Made by a program: the position numbers and the translations under genes. Positions 19,821 to 29,259 of a stretch of DNA of 64,000 nucleotides are shown piece after piece; the stretch's first letter is position 1; the number at the start of each line of letters is the position of its first letter. A model generated the notes under the pieces. The model was not told where the DNA came from and searched no databases. It saw only the letters and a list, made by a program, of their open reading frames with translations. The stretch is from an uncultured virus (IMG/VR IMGVR_UViG_3300023180_000044) (Duplodnaviria; Heunggongvirae; Uroviricota; Caudoviricetes). Location: the IMG/VR virus record IMGVR_UViG_3300023180_000044; one strand, 5' to 3'.

Positions 19821-20360
19821 TTACACCCTCTTCGAGTATCCAACAACCTGGTAGAAATCCTTATTTCCGTCACAGTAATCCTTCACCAACTCCAACAACG
19901 TTCTGAACATAAATGCTCCTGAGGTCTGCTTCTCACATCGAATGAACAACTCAATAAATGCGGTCAACGTATCCATAGGGTAGTATCCGTGACCATTGAG
20001 TTCGTCATATACTCGGTCCAACTGAGAATACAAATTAAGTTCATAACCGTCTCTCTCCTCAACAGTTTGAAACGGGTCCAACTGGTCATACTGTTCCAGC
20101 ATATTGTAAACGAAACCACGAACCAATCCTTTGTTGTATTCAGCCTTTACCAATAGGTCCACAATCCAGTGGGTGTGACTCGGCGTTCTCAATCTCTTAC
20201 CTTCCTCACGGTATTTGACGATGAAGTCAAGGTCTGGGTTCTCACCACGGAATCCCTGATAGATAGCAATTGCCGTTCCATCTTCCATAGTGTAGTGTTT
20301 GAGGGGTGGGTAATAGTTCTCCGTTCCTCGTTGTTTGTAGGTTAATTGTTCTACTGTCAT
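19821..20360 (-). CDS. Hypothetical protein
   Basis: 179 aa ORF with RTPSHTHWIVDLL. Confidence 0.7.
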   Translation of the reverse strand: MTVEQLTYKQRGTENYYPPLKHYTMEDGTAIAIYQGFRGENPDLDFIVKYREEGKRLRTPSHTHWIVDLLVKAEYNKGLVRGFVYNMLEQYDQLDPFQTVEERDGYELNLYSQLDRVYDELNGHGYYPMDTLTAFIELFIRCEKQTSGAFMFRTLLELVKDYCDGNKDFYQVVGYSKRV

Positions 20361-20364
20361 AATA

Positions 20365-20628
20365 TTAGTATCTACCTAAGTGGTTATTAAATTCTCTCAT
20401 CTCTTGCTCCTCGTATTTCTTGAATTGCTCTTCACGACGCAAGACTGTCATAAAGTCGAAGATGTATTTCTTAACCTCGTTGAGGTGATTGTTAACATCC
20501 ATTCCACGGTCCAACATCTCTTGAGTGTCAGATAGGTTGGATGCTACTCGCATCAATACATCAGTGGTTTTCAACATTTCAGCTGGTAGGTATTCTCCGT
20601 GCTTCTCGCAAAATTCAACTTTAGTCAT
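20365..20628 (-). CDS. Hypothetical protein
   Basis: 87 aa ORF. Confidence 0.65.
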   Translation of the reverse strand: MTKVEFCEKHGEYLPAEMLKTTDVLMRVASNLSDTQEMLDRGMDVNNHLNEVKKYIFDFMTVLRREEQFKKYEEQEMREFNNHLGRY

Positions 20629-20653
20629 ATCCTTATCGTTTTATTAGATTACG

Positions 20654-20686
20654 AATATACAACAAAAAAGGGACCTACACAAGTCC
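20654..20686. repeat. Imperfect 33-bp direct repeat, copy 1 (overlaps terminator hairpin 20667-20690)
   Basis: aatatacaacaaaaaagggacctacacaagtcc; 28/33 identical to 22177-22209. Confidence 0.75.
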
Positions 20687-20699
20687 CTTTCAAATTATT

Positions 20700-21533
20700 T
20701 TATATTAAGTCAATCGTTGTCTGAAGATTTTTTAACCTTTCAATTATTATATCATAATATTCCCTAACCATTTCACTACCTAAGTAATTCCGACCCTTAT
20801 TTATTGCAGCTCTAGCGGTAGTACCACTACCCATCATTGGGTCAAATATTAAATCACCTTTATTTGTCCATGTTTCAATATGGTCTTCAACCAACTTAGT
20901 AGGAAATATTGCGGGATGTTGGTAGGCTATTTCATCTTCCTGTCCATTTTTAGAGGTTTTGTAGGTCCACACATTATATCTCTGACCGTATTCAGAAATT
21001 ACTTTTTTACTATTTTCCTTCATAGAACCATCCTTTTGTCTAACAGTATTTTTACCCCAAGAACCAACTTTACCACCATAAACATTTTTACGGTCCTTAA
21101 TTGAATTAAAAGTTTTAGGTTTACCCTTCGAAAAAACAAACATATATTCAAATATTTGGTGATATCTATTAGATGAAGGGTTAGAAAAATTATTCTTTTG
21201 GTAAATCATAGTATCATGAATATTGAAACCAATCTCTTTAAAATATAACGCTTGTCTGAATGATGTTCCCGTTTCTGAACCATTATGTGTTGCATCACCA
21301 ACAACCCAAACAACCACACCACCTTCTTTTGTGACTCGATATAACTCTTTAGCAATATCTTCAAAAGGAAACGAATATCCGTTGTAATCTGTATGATTAC
21401 CTTTTATGTGGTTTTTATAAGTTCTTAAATCATCATAAGGTGGTGATGTAACTGTCAAATCAATACTACTATTTTCCATTCTTGACATGGTGTCAAGACA
21501 ATTTTCATTATATATTGTGTTAATACTTACCAT
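20700..21533 (-). CDS. Site-specific DNA methyltransferase (N4-C/N6-A, beta class)
   Basis: TSPPY precedes HPAIFP and DPMMGSGTT. Confidence 0.93.
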   Translation of the reverse strand: MVSINTIYNENCLDTMSRMENSSIDLTVTSPPYDDLRTYKNHIKGNHTDYNGYSFPFEDIAKELYRVTKEGGVVVWVVGDATHNGSETGTSFRQALYFKEIGFNIHDTMIYQKNNFSNPSSNRYHQIFEYMFVFSKGKPKTFNSIKDRKNVYGGKVGSWGKNTVRQKDGSMKENSKKVISEYGQRYNVWTYKTSKNGQEDEIAYQHPAIFPTKLVEDHIETWTNKGDLIFDPMMGSGTTARAAINKGRNYLGSEMVREYYDIIIERLKNLQTTIDLI

Positions 21534-21557
21534 AATTTAATTATAAAAATTAAAAAA

Positions 21558-22157
21558 CTATTGTACAGACTTTTCAGTTAATATTACCGAATCATGATTT
21601 TCATATAAATCTTTATAGTGACCCTGTTGGATATTACCTAATGCAGTGTATTCAAAACCATTTAAGTCAGTAACCTTAAATCTACCAGACAAAGAACCAG
21701 GTCCCAAATGTTCAAAGTGAAATAAAACATGGTACCCGTTTTTAATGTCTTTCCTATTCTTTGTAATTTCTTTTGGAGTTGAAGTATAGAAAACCCTAAA
21801 AGTCGTTAAAGCGTCTATATCTTTACTAATTTTAAGTTCAGGATATATCATTTGACCTTGATAATTAATTCTAAGGTCCGGATACCCACTACCTAACTTT
21901 TCCACAGTAACCGATTTCCCATACTTTTCTTGAATAGCCTCTAACATAACCTCTTCCAAGTGATTTCCATACTCGTTAATTCTACCAACATATGGTAACC
22001 TTTCATTCATTTCAAAAGTAATATCGACTAAATCTTTTAAAAATGGAAGTAATTCATCCTCAATAGGTAAAATCAAAGAATCGTAGTAAGCCATTACAAA
22101 ATCATTAAGTGTAATTCGTCTTTCTTTTTGTTCCTTTAAATATGTTACTGAATCCAT
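21558..22157 (-). CDS. Putative type II restriction endonuclease (PD-(D/E)xK)
   Basis: GNHLEE...GYPDLRI...YPELK; directly upstream of the methyltransferase. Confidence 0.6.
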   Translation of the reverse strand: MDSVTYLKEQKERRITLNDFVMAYYDSLILPIEDELLPFLKDLVDITFEMNERLPYVGRINEYGNHLEEVMLEAIQEKYGKSVTVEKLGSGYPDLRINYQGQMIYPELKISKDIDALTTFRVFYTSTPKEITKNRKDIKNGYHVLFHFEHLGPGSLSGRFKVTDLNGFEYTALGNIQQGHYKDLYENHDSVILTEKSVQ

Positions 22158-22176
22158 GATTTTTTTTTACATATCA

Positions 22177-22209
22177 AATATACAATAAAAAAGGGACTCT
22201 CACAAATCC
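22177..22209. repeat. Imperfect 33-bp direct repeat, copy 2 (overlaps TATATTTG at 22175-22182)
   Basis: aatatacaataaaaaagggactctcacaaatcc. Confidence 0.75.
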
Positions 22210-22652
22210 TCATCATAAAAAATCACCTCAACACCACTTTCTTCAAACATCTGTTTTGAACGTTTGGCGTGTTCGTCCCAATGTTCTCTGTTTCGTGTGG
22301 TGTCCACAGTCTTACAGTAGATACGTCTAACCCCCGAACTAATAATCCCACGAGCACAATCACTACACGGAATACCACAGGTCAGATACATTGTCGTATC
22401 TCTTAGACTGACACCGATACGTGCCGCATTATATAGAGCGTTGCGTTCAGCATGTTCAAACCAAAAATACTTCTCTGGTCTCACCTGACGTTCTTCCACA
22501 TCATCGTTGATACCACGAGGAAAGGAGTTATACCCAGTGGTGATAATCTCATGGTCTTTTCCCACGATTACAGCACCAATTTTTGTTCTACGGTCTTTTG
22601 ACTTTTCTTTGACCTGTTCGGCAATATTCAAAAAATACTTATCCCAATTCAT
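22200..22652 (-). CDS. dCMP deaminase
   Basis: GYNSFP, HAERNA, PCSDC zinc motifs. Confidence 0.93.
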   Translation of the reverse strand: MNWDKYFLNIAEQVKEKSKDRRTKIGAVIVGKDHEIITTGYNSFPRGINDDVEERQVRPEKYFWFEHAERNALYNAARIGVSLRDTTMYLTCGIPCSDCARGIISSGVRRIYCKTVDTTRNREHWDEHAKRSKQMFEESGVEVIFYDEDL

Positions 22653-23511
22653 CGTATTGTTTTTTTACTTTACGTATATAATCTTCAACTCTATGTTTTG
22701 GTTTCCAGTTCAACAATTCTTCAGTGTCATTCTCAACCACATCGGCAGTTATTCTCTCACCCCTTCTTTGTTCCACCAATGTCCAATTACCGAATGTATC
22801 GGCAATTTCAATGATGGTCTTTGGTTCACCTTTTCTGAGGTACCACTCGTGGTTGAGGTCTTTCTGTGATGCTAAGATGGTCCCTTCCACGATATCCTCA
22901 ATGTGAGTGAAGTCCCTTTGTTGTGTCCCCGGTGAGACGACTGTTAATGGTTTCCCTTCACGGTATTGTCTTTCAAAGATTCCAATTACTGTCGCATAAT
23001 CACCTGATTCAATCTGACCTGGTCCATAAACATTGTAAAAATACACAATTTCATATTTGAGACCAAACCATTCACCATAATTCTTTATTAGTTCCACCAT
23101 CTTTGCTTTCACCCAAGCATAAGGTGAGAGGTTTTCATCTTTCCCTCCGTTCCCAAACTTTGATGATGATGCTGAGTAAACGAGTTTTGCACCCCATTGT
23201 TTACACTTTTCGATAAGTAATGATGTGGAATATAAATTGGTTTCAATCAAATAATCAATATCCTCAAAAGAAGTAACTATTCGTGAGTATTCACCAAAGT
23301 GGAATACCACATCAGGAACAAAAGATGATGGCTTCTCTAAGTATTCTTTTACTGACATCTGTAGGTAAGACGCACCACTATGGTGATTTGATATCTTTCC
23401 TGTAAAGTAGTTATCCGCCGATACTATGGTCGCCTTTGGATATAACTCCAATAGTCTACCGATAAGGTTTGAACCGACAAACCCCGCTCCACCTGTTACC
23501 AATATATTCAT
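22639..23511 (-). CDS. NAD-dependent nucleotide-sugar epimerase/dehydratase
   Basis: MNILVTGGAGFVGS, YAWVK (YxxxK), YNVYGP, RDFTHIEDI. Start 23511. Confidence 0.9.
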   Translation of the reverse strand: MNILVTGGAGFVGSNLIGRLLELYPKATIVSADNYFTGKISNHHSGASYLQMSVKEYLEKPSSFVPDVVFHFGEYSRIVTSFEDIDYLIETNLYSTSLLIEKCKQWGAKLVYSASSSKFGNGGKDENLSPYAWVKAKMVELIKNYGEWFGLKYEIVYFYNVYGPGQIESGDYATVIGIFERQYREGKPLTVVSPGTQQRDFTHIEDIVEGTILASQKDLNHEWYLRKGEPKTIIEIADTFGNWTLVEQRRGERITADVVENDTEELLNWKPKHRVEDYIRKVKKQYDELG

Positions 23512-23628
23512 TTTCTTCTGTTTTTTCATACCATTTCGGGTTAGGTAGTCCCGAATAAAAATCCCATTCATCGTCAGGTAATAACCTGACCTTTTCATAT
23601 GTTTTGTCAGCTTTGTCAGGTAATGCAC

Positions 23629-26004
23629 TTACTGTTTCACCTGAGAGACATTGTTCGTCTTCTCTATCTTTACTATACTGTCTGCCCATTGGCTGACCAT
23701 AGGATTGTGGGTGATAACGAGAATCTTCTCAAAGTAGTCTTTAATCTTATGGAAAAACTCTGAAACCATCTCCAAGTTTTCGTTTGATATTTTACCAAAT
23801 GTCTCATCGAAGACCACCACATTTGGTTTCGGTAAAGAACAAACCTTACTTAATACTGAACGAAGTGCCAGTGATGCAATTGTTCTTTCATATCCTGAAC
23901 CTGAAGCCATAAGTTTCTCAATACCTGTGTTGTTGTCCACCATCCAGAACTCCACCTCATCTTTGTCAGAGATACGAACCTCCAACTTAAACTCAGCCGA
24001 GTCCATAAGTAATCGTTGCAATTCTGAGTTAATCACCGGTGTCATGTTTCTCATAATCATCTTTGAGATACCCTTCTTACCGAATAGTTCCAAATACACT
24101 TTATACACCTGAAGTTTTTCTTCTTCCTCTTTGATTTTGGCGATGAACCCTTCAGCCTCTTTAATCTTCTCCTTATAGGATTTGATGTTGTGGTTTGATG
24201 TTGAGATGTTGAGGTTTATTTGGTCCTTCTCACGGTTAAGTTCCTCCAACCTCATATCGGCTTTCAATAACGTCGCATCAATCTTATTGTTCTCCTCGAC
24301 TTTCTTTTGGTCCCTTTCAAAACGTGATAGTTTATCTTTAACTGACTCCAACTTATTCTGTTGTGACTCCAATTGAATCTCAAACTTCTCCTTAATAAGT
24401 TTGTTTCTCTCATATAAGTCAAACTCCTTTTTAAGGTCGACAAAAGATTGCTCTTCTTTGGTATACCCCTCAATTAATATTTGAGAACTGGAGATGGAGA
24501 TGTTTAAATCATCCAACTCTTTCTTTCTCTTCTCAGAATAATCTGAACTACCCAACTCGATACCACAATATTGACATTGTAGACCTCCCTCAAATCCTTT
24601 CAATTCTTCGGTAATGTCTTGGTGTTTGGATTCTGATGTACCCAATTTTACTTTCTCCTCAGAAAGTTTCTCCTTCACCTCATCATGCTTGTCCTCATGA
24701 TAATACTCTGACGGTTCTTTAACCACAACGTTTTTCAAATCCATCTCAGTCAAAGTAATCTTCCCTTCCATCTCAGCAATCTCTCGCTTTAGATTGTCAG
24801 GGTTTACTCGCAACAACTCTTCATCCAAACCTGTATGTTTTTGCTGAAGTATTGTATCACGATATTCTTGACCTTTGATGATTCTCTCATTCACATCTGC
24901 AAGCTGGTTGGTGTATTCTGCAATATTGTTTTTCTCTTCCTTAATTTTCTCATTGTAACCTTCAATGTTTCCGTTAAGGGTTTCCACGTCATACAGATTT
25001 GAAACCATTCTCTTTTGGAAGTTTGATGTCATCTCTTTGGTAACATCTTCCTTCAGTTTGAGTGAATCCAACCCTAAGAACCGTGACAATACCTGACCTC
25101 TGGCCGTAGGTTTTGCCTCAATTAATTCTTCAAGGTTTGTTGCGGTGGTAAGAATGGTCATCAAAAAGTCATCCATCGTTCCAATGGATTTTTTGATGAA
25201 TTCTTCCGTTTCCCGTCTTTGTTCTCCGGTAAAGTTTAATAGACTACCGTCCGCAAGTTTTTTGAAGAAATCCAATGACGTGCTCACAGTGTAACCGTCA
25301 CCACTTCTCTTTTTCTTACGATTAACCTCTCGGATAATAATGTAGTCCTCACCATCGATTCTTACCTCACCTTTAACACTGACCTTATCCTTGTCTCTAA
25401 ATCTGTTAAAGATTTCTTCTGCTTTATTCGTCTTTGTTGTCTGGTTGAAGAATAAGAACAGAAGGAGGTCCACAGTCAATACCGTCTTACCCCCAAAGTT
25501 TGGTGGGTTCGACTCCACAGTAGATATCCCATTGATTTTATCAAAGTCTAAAACTTGATTGTCCCCAAAAGATAAGAAGTTTGAAAACTCAATCTTCTTA
25601 ATATACCACTTCTTAAACGGTGTGATGTCAGCCTTTTGCTCAGCAACAGATGCTTCGACTTGCTTGTCCATCTCAACCACTCGGTCATAATACTTTTCCA
25701 ATCCGTTGGCCTCCAAGAATTTCTTCATCAAACTTCTTTGGAAGTTCTCATCCAAGATATTCATAGATACATCAACAGACTGAATCTCAGTTTCCTCAGT
25801 TTTCACTTTGGTAACCACATTGACATTGGTGGAGTTGTATTTCTTCGTGAAATATGCTCTTACCCTTTTGATTCTTTCTTGTGTGAAGTTATCGGGGGTG
25901 TCCTCCCACACTACTTGAATGTAAGGGTTAACCAAGTCTTCTGTCTTTAGTTTATGACTCATGTAAGTGTAATTAAGTTCTTTCGGTGGATTGAACAAAT
26001 CCAT
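23629..26004 (-). CDS. sbcC: SbcC/Rad50/gp46-like SMC ATPase
   Basis: FSNFLSFG, NFGGKT Walker A, coiled coils, CQYC zinc hook, ASGSGYE signature, VFDE Walker B, ITH. Confidence 0.92.
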   Translation of the reverse strand: MDLFNPPKELNYTYMSHKLKTEDLVNPYIQVVWEDTPDNFTQERIKRVRAYFTKKYNSTNVNVVTKVKTEETEIQSVDVSMNILDENFQRSLMKKFLEANGLEKYYDRVVEMDKQVEASVAEQKADITPFKKWYIKKIEFSNFLSFGDNQVLDFDKINGISTVESNPPNFGGKTVLTVDLLLFLFFNQTTKTNKAEEIFNRFRDKDKVSVKGEVRIDGEDYIIIREVNRKKKRSGDGYTVSTSLDFFKKLADGSLLNFTGEQRRETEEFIKKSIGTMDDFLMTILTTATNLEELIEAKPTARGQVLSRFLGLDSLKLKEDVTKEMTSNFQKRMVSNLYDVETLNGNIEGYNEKIKEEKNNIAEYTNQLADVNERIIKGQEYRDTILQQKHTGLDEELLRVNPDNLKREIAEMEGKITLTEMDLKNVVVKEPSEYYHEDKHDEVKEKLSEEKVKLGTSESKHQDITEELKGFEGGLQCQYCGIELGSSDYSEKRKKELDDLNISISSSQILIEGYTKEEQSFVDLKKEFDLYERNKLIKEKFEIQLESQQNKLESVKDKLSRFERDQKKVEENNKIDATLLKADMRLEELNREKDQINLNISTSNHNIKSYKEKIKEAEGFIAKIKEEEEKLQVYKVYLELFGKKGISKMIMRNMTPVINSELQRLLMDSAEFKLEVRISDKDEVEFWMVDNNTGIEKLMASGSGYERTIASLALRSVLSKVCSLPKPNVVVFDETFGKISNENLEMVSEFFHKIKDYFEKILVITHNPMVSQWADSIVKIEKTNNVSQVKQ

Positions 26005-26005
26005 T

Positions 26006-26239
26006 TTATAGTTTGATTTCTAACGGGGTATTTTCGTCGTCTGTAGGTAATTCAGGAGCCGTCATATCCAATTCAACAGTTTCACTTTCCTGTTGTGCTC
26101 GGAATGCCTCCATTTGTTTTTCCATCTCTTCTTGCCATAGTCGTTGCATTTGATTCTGCATACCACGAACTTTTTGATTTCTCGCTTGAACTCTCTTACG
26201 GTGAGCCTTCGCACCACCTCTTAATTTAGATTTCGCCAT
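26006..26239 (-). CDS. Hypothetical protein (basic N-terminus, acidic C-terminus)
   Basis: 77 aa ORF. Confidence 0.65.
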   Translation of the reverse strand: MAKSKLRGGAKAHRKRVQARNQKVRGMQNQMQRLWQEEMEKQMEAFRAQQESETVELDMTAPELPTDDENTPLEIKL

Positions 26240-26265
26240 AGTTATATAATAATAAGTTTACGTTT

Positions 26266-26472
26266 ATGAGAAGTATAATCACAAAATTTATGAATAACAA
26301 GTGGGTTAAACTTGTTTTTTCAATTTCAATCATCATCTCATCTATCCCTTCTATTATAGTGGATTTTCAGGGAGGAGTCAACAACGGGTGGCACCATTAT
26401 GGGATGTTATTAGTCGGTATAAACTACTTTTTAGAATCCCTATTATGGGTATTGGACCTATGGAAAAAATAG
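26266..26472 (+). CDS. Small two-TM membrane protein
   Basis: 68 aa with two hydrophobic segments. Confidence 0.6.
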   Translation: MRSIITKFMNNKWVKLVFSISIIISSIPSIIVDFQGGVNNGWHHYGMLLVGINYFLESLLWVLDLWKK

Positions 26473-26870
26473 AACTATTCAAAAAACAGATTGCCGTGTT
26501 GGAGAAAGGATTACAGTCCAACCATCCTGACTTTGACGAGATGGACCTTTACCGTATCAAAAAAGATATGTTAATGTTTAAGTTGGAAAACCCTGACAAT
26601 ACTGAGATAGATACTCTTCTTCAGTTGATGGATAATTTGGACACCGCTTTTGATAAGGACCAGCAAGAAAAAATGAACCATAAGTTAAATCTATTAACTG
26701 TATGGTCCACTATATTCTTACCTCTGTCGTTCTACACTGGTATGTGGGGAATGAACTTTGATGATGTCCCTCTACTAAATGGTGACAACGGATTCTGGAT
26801 ATTCGCAGGACTTACCGCTATAACCATCATTGTTATGTTTACTTACTTTAAGAAACATAAGTGGTTTTAA
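26460..26870 (+). CDS. Short CorA-family Mg2+/divalent cation channel-like protein
   Basis: LTVWSTIFLPLSFYTGMWGMNFDDVP (GMN motif), second TM, FKKHKWF end. Start 26460. Confidence 0.85.
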   Translation: MEKIELFKKQIAVLEKGLQSNHPDFDEMDLYRIKKDMLMFKLENPDNTEIDTLLQLMDNLDTAFDKDQQEKMNHKLNLLTVWSTIFLPLSFYTGMWGMNFDDVPLLNGDNGFWIFAGLTAITIIVMFTYFKKHKWF

Positions 26871-27196
26871 GACTCAAAGTGTTCAACAATCGTATTGATT
26901 GCCCATACACCTCCTGAGGCCAACATCCCATCAAAGAAGATTGCAGGAATTACTGGTAGTCCCAACTGCGTTCCAAAGAACGAGTAAACAAACGCACCCA
27001 TAAAGAACCCAACCCATGTTGAACCACACATCATGCAAGTGATGATGCCGTGAATGAATTTGAATAATGGTGAAATCCATGGCCATTCACCTTCGGCAAC
27101 TTTTCCAATGTTATCACGGAAACCTTTGAAGATACTTCCGTAAACAATAATTTGTGTCATACCATAAGCGGCAATCAACCACGCTAATAAAATCAT
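26867..27196 (-). CDS. DUF1360-like membrane protein
   Basis: ITCMMCGSTWVG motif among TM helices. Confidence 0.6.
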   Translation of the reverse strand: MILLAWLIAAYGMTQIIVYGSIFKGFRDNIGKVAEGEWPWISPLFKFIHGIITCMMCGSTWVGFFMGAFVYSFFGTQLGLPVIPAIFFDGMLASGGVWAINTIVEHFES

Positions 27197-27197
27197 A

Positions 27198-28091
27198 CTA
27201 CTTTCTTTTTAATTCATCGTTTAAATTTGTGGAGTTCAAAAATGTTGCTCTCTGATTTTTAAACTCGTTATCCAATTCTAACATAATCTTCTCATATTGT
27301 GAAATGGATTTTTCTTTTTCTCTTAATTCTTCTCTGAGTTTTTGAATGGTGCTTTGTAACCCTTTAAGTTTTTCAGGGTCACCGTTCCCTTTAACTTCCT
27401 TAATTACCTCAACCTCTTTCACTACCTCAACGGGTACTTCTTTAATGATTTCGACCTCTTTAATAACCTCAATTTCCTTAATAAGCTCTTTAGGTTTCTC
27501 CTCCAAAAGAACTTCCAACTCAGATAGTTGCTCCTCCAATTTTTTCTTTTCAGTATTTGCATTCTTCAGTTTCGTGCTATATGTTTTGTTTGACTTCTCC
27601 AACTTGGCAAGTTTTCCGCCGAGTTCCTTTACCTGTTCATCATCAGTGATGTAAACCTCTTTCGTTACCACCTTCTCAACTGGTTTCTCCACCTCAACAA
27701 TCTTTTCTACTTCTTTGATTACCTCCACAGGTTTTTCAACCTCCACGATAACCTCTTTCTCCACTACCTTTTCGACAATCTTCTCAACGGGAACTTCTTT
27801 GGTGATGATTCTCTCCACCTCTTTAATGACTTCTACGGGGACTTCAACCTCAACGACCTTCTCCACCACCTTTTCTACCGGAACCTCAACCCTAACCTCT
27901 TTAATCACCTCTTTCTCAACGACCTTAACACCGTCAGAGTTCAACAAACCATATTTTTCGATTTGGTACCCCTGGTCAAAGCACAACTTAACGAACTCGT
28001 CAACATCGAGCTCGTTAAGCTTGCAAAAGGCATTAAGGTCCTTTAACTCTGAAGATGAAAAATTAATAATTGGTGAGTTTTTCTGTGCCAT
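27198..28091 (-). CDS. Protein with VEK/EVPV (alveolin/articulin-like) repeats and coiled coil
   Basis: VEVPVEKVVEKVVEVEVPVEVIKEV repeats. Confidence 0.75.
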   Translation of the reverse strand: MAQKNSPIINFSSSELKDLNAFCKLNELDVDEFVKLCFDQGYQIEKYGLLNSDGVKVVEKEVIKEVRVEVPVEKVVEKVVEVEVPVEVIKEVERIITKEVPVEKIVEKVVEKEVIVEVEKPVEVIKEVEKIVEVEKPVEKVVTKEVYITDDEQVKELGGKLAKLEKSNKTYSTKLKNANTEKKKLEEQLSELEVLLEEKPKELIKEIEVIKEVEIIKEVPVEVVKEVEVIKEVKGNGDPEKLKGLQSTIQKLREELREKEKSISQYEKIMLELDNEFKNQRATFLNSTNLNDELKRK

Positions 28092-28845
28092 TTTCTAAAT
28101 CTTCAATAGATGTGATTTTAAAGGCAAGAAACGGACGAGGGTTGGTTAAGTCAACAAACTTATATTTGTCTTTCTTAACATCATAGATACCAAACCCATG
28201 TTTGGTTACCTTCTCACCAAAGTTCTGTTGAATAGTAGAACCCACCATATAGGCTTTCTTACCATCAGGAATATCAATGACCTGACGTTTGTGGATATCA
28301 CCACATAAGACCAAATCCAAACCTTTGAATTTCTCAATCTCATAAGCGTGGTCACCAAAGTCATAACCAGTGTCAGTAGTCAATCCCTGAATAGGGTCGT
28401 GGAACAATCCAATCTTATATCCTTTTGCTTCACTTATCTCAGGTGGAACATTCCCCTGAAACTGTGAATACACACACCAACTGATGTTCTCATCTTCATA
28501 CACCCCTCTATCTCTGTAATAAACAATGTCGGAATTATCCAACGAGTCAATAATCGGTGTCAATGCATCCAAACGGTTAAGGTTATTGTTAAGGAAGTCG
28601 TGATTACCCGGAATAAGGATTGTCTTTGCAATTTTGGTACACTCTGTCAATGTCCACGCCACAATCTCAATAAGTTCAGGAGTCATTTGGTTTTTACTAT
28701 GAACCAAATCACCAGTGAAGACAATACGGTCTGGACCAATCTCTTTAAACTTCTCCAACATATTGGTAATGATTTGTCGGTAAAGGTCGTGGTCCTTAAA
28801 AAGTCTTAAGTGTAAGTCTGAAAAGTGAACTAACGTATTTATCAT
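28063..28845 (-). CDS. sbcD: SbcD/Mre11/gp47-like metallophosphoesterase nuclease
   Basis: SDLH, TGDLVH, PGNHD, FH, GDIH, GSTIQQNFGE. Confidence 0.9.
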   Translation of the reverse strand: MINTLVHFSDLHLRLFKDHDLYRQIITNMLEKFKEIGPDRIVFTGDLVHSKNQMTPELIEIVAWTLTECTKIAKTILIPGNHDFLNNNLNRLDALTPIIDSLDNSDIVYYRDRGVYEDENISWCVYSQFQGNVPPEISEAKGYKIGLFHDPIQGLTTDTGYDFGDHAYEIEKFKGLDLVLCGDIHKRQVIDIPDGKKAYMVGSTIQQNFGEKVTKHGFGIYDVKKDKYKFVDLTNPRPFLAFKITSIEDLENGTEKLTNY

Positions 28846-29186
28846 CGGATTGATTTGAATTTACCGTGAATGTAATAGTTGAATTGTTCCCATTTTGTGA
28901 GTTTAGCACCCCACAACACTCGGTCACTCATATCGATACACCAACTATCCCATTTCTCAAAGAGGTAGAGGATGTCAATAGTAAGTTCACCAGCGTGAGT
29001 TACTGTTGGGAATACCCATGTGATTTCAAATAGTGAACCTTCCCAAAATATACCATTATGAACATTCAAGATTTGGAAACCAAACTTGTTGTGGTCACCA
29101 CCCAAATACACATTGAATAATCCTATCTTAAGAGTCCATCGGTGGGTCTTCCACGCTATCTTCTGAAGTAGTTTTCTTATTTTCAT
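28842..29186 (-). CDS. Hypothetical protein
   Basis: Likely ATG 29186 (MKIRKLL); stop overlaps the sbcD-like start. Confidence 0.6.
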   Translation of the reverse strand: MKIRKLLQKIAWKTHRWTLKIGLFNVYLGGDHNKFGFQILNVHNGIFWEGSLFEITWVFPTVTHAGELTIDILYLFEKWDSWCIDMSDRVLWGAKLTKWEQFNYYIHGKFKSIR

Positions 29187-29259
29187 TGTTTTCTGTTTTT
29201 TCATTCCACATTTCGTCCCAAAAGTAAAAGTTCTCTTTTGGCTTTTCGAATTCACTCAT
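29128..29259 (-). CDS. Small acidic hypothetical protein (43 aa)
   Basis: Hand-translated MSEFEKPKENFYFWDEMWNEKTENNENKKTTSEDSVEDPPMDS; TGATG coupling to the upstream gene. Confidence 0.45.
   Translation of the reverse strand: MSEFEKPKENFYFWDEMWNEKTENNENKKTTSEDSVEDPPMDS

Noticed and set aside
23456..23689. ORF containing DEWDFYSGLPNPKWY between sbcC and the epimerase
   Set aside because: It may be a real micro-gene or a remnant, but it overlaps both neighbours and has no convincing start, so it was not called.
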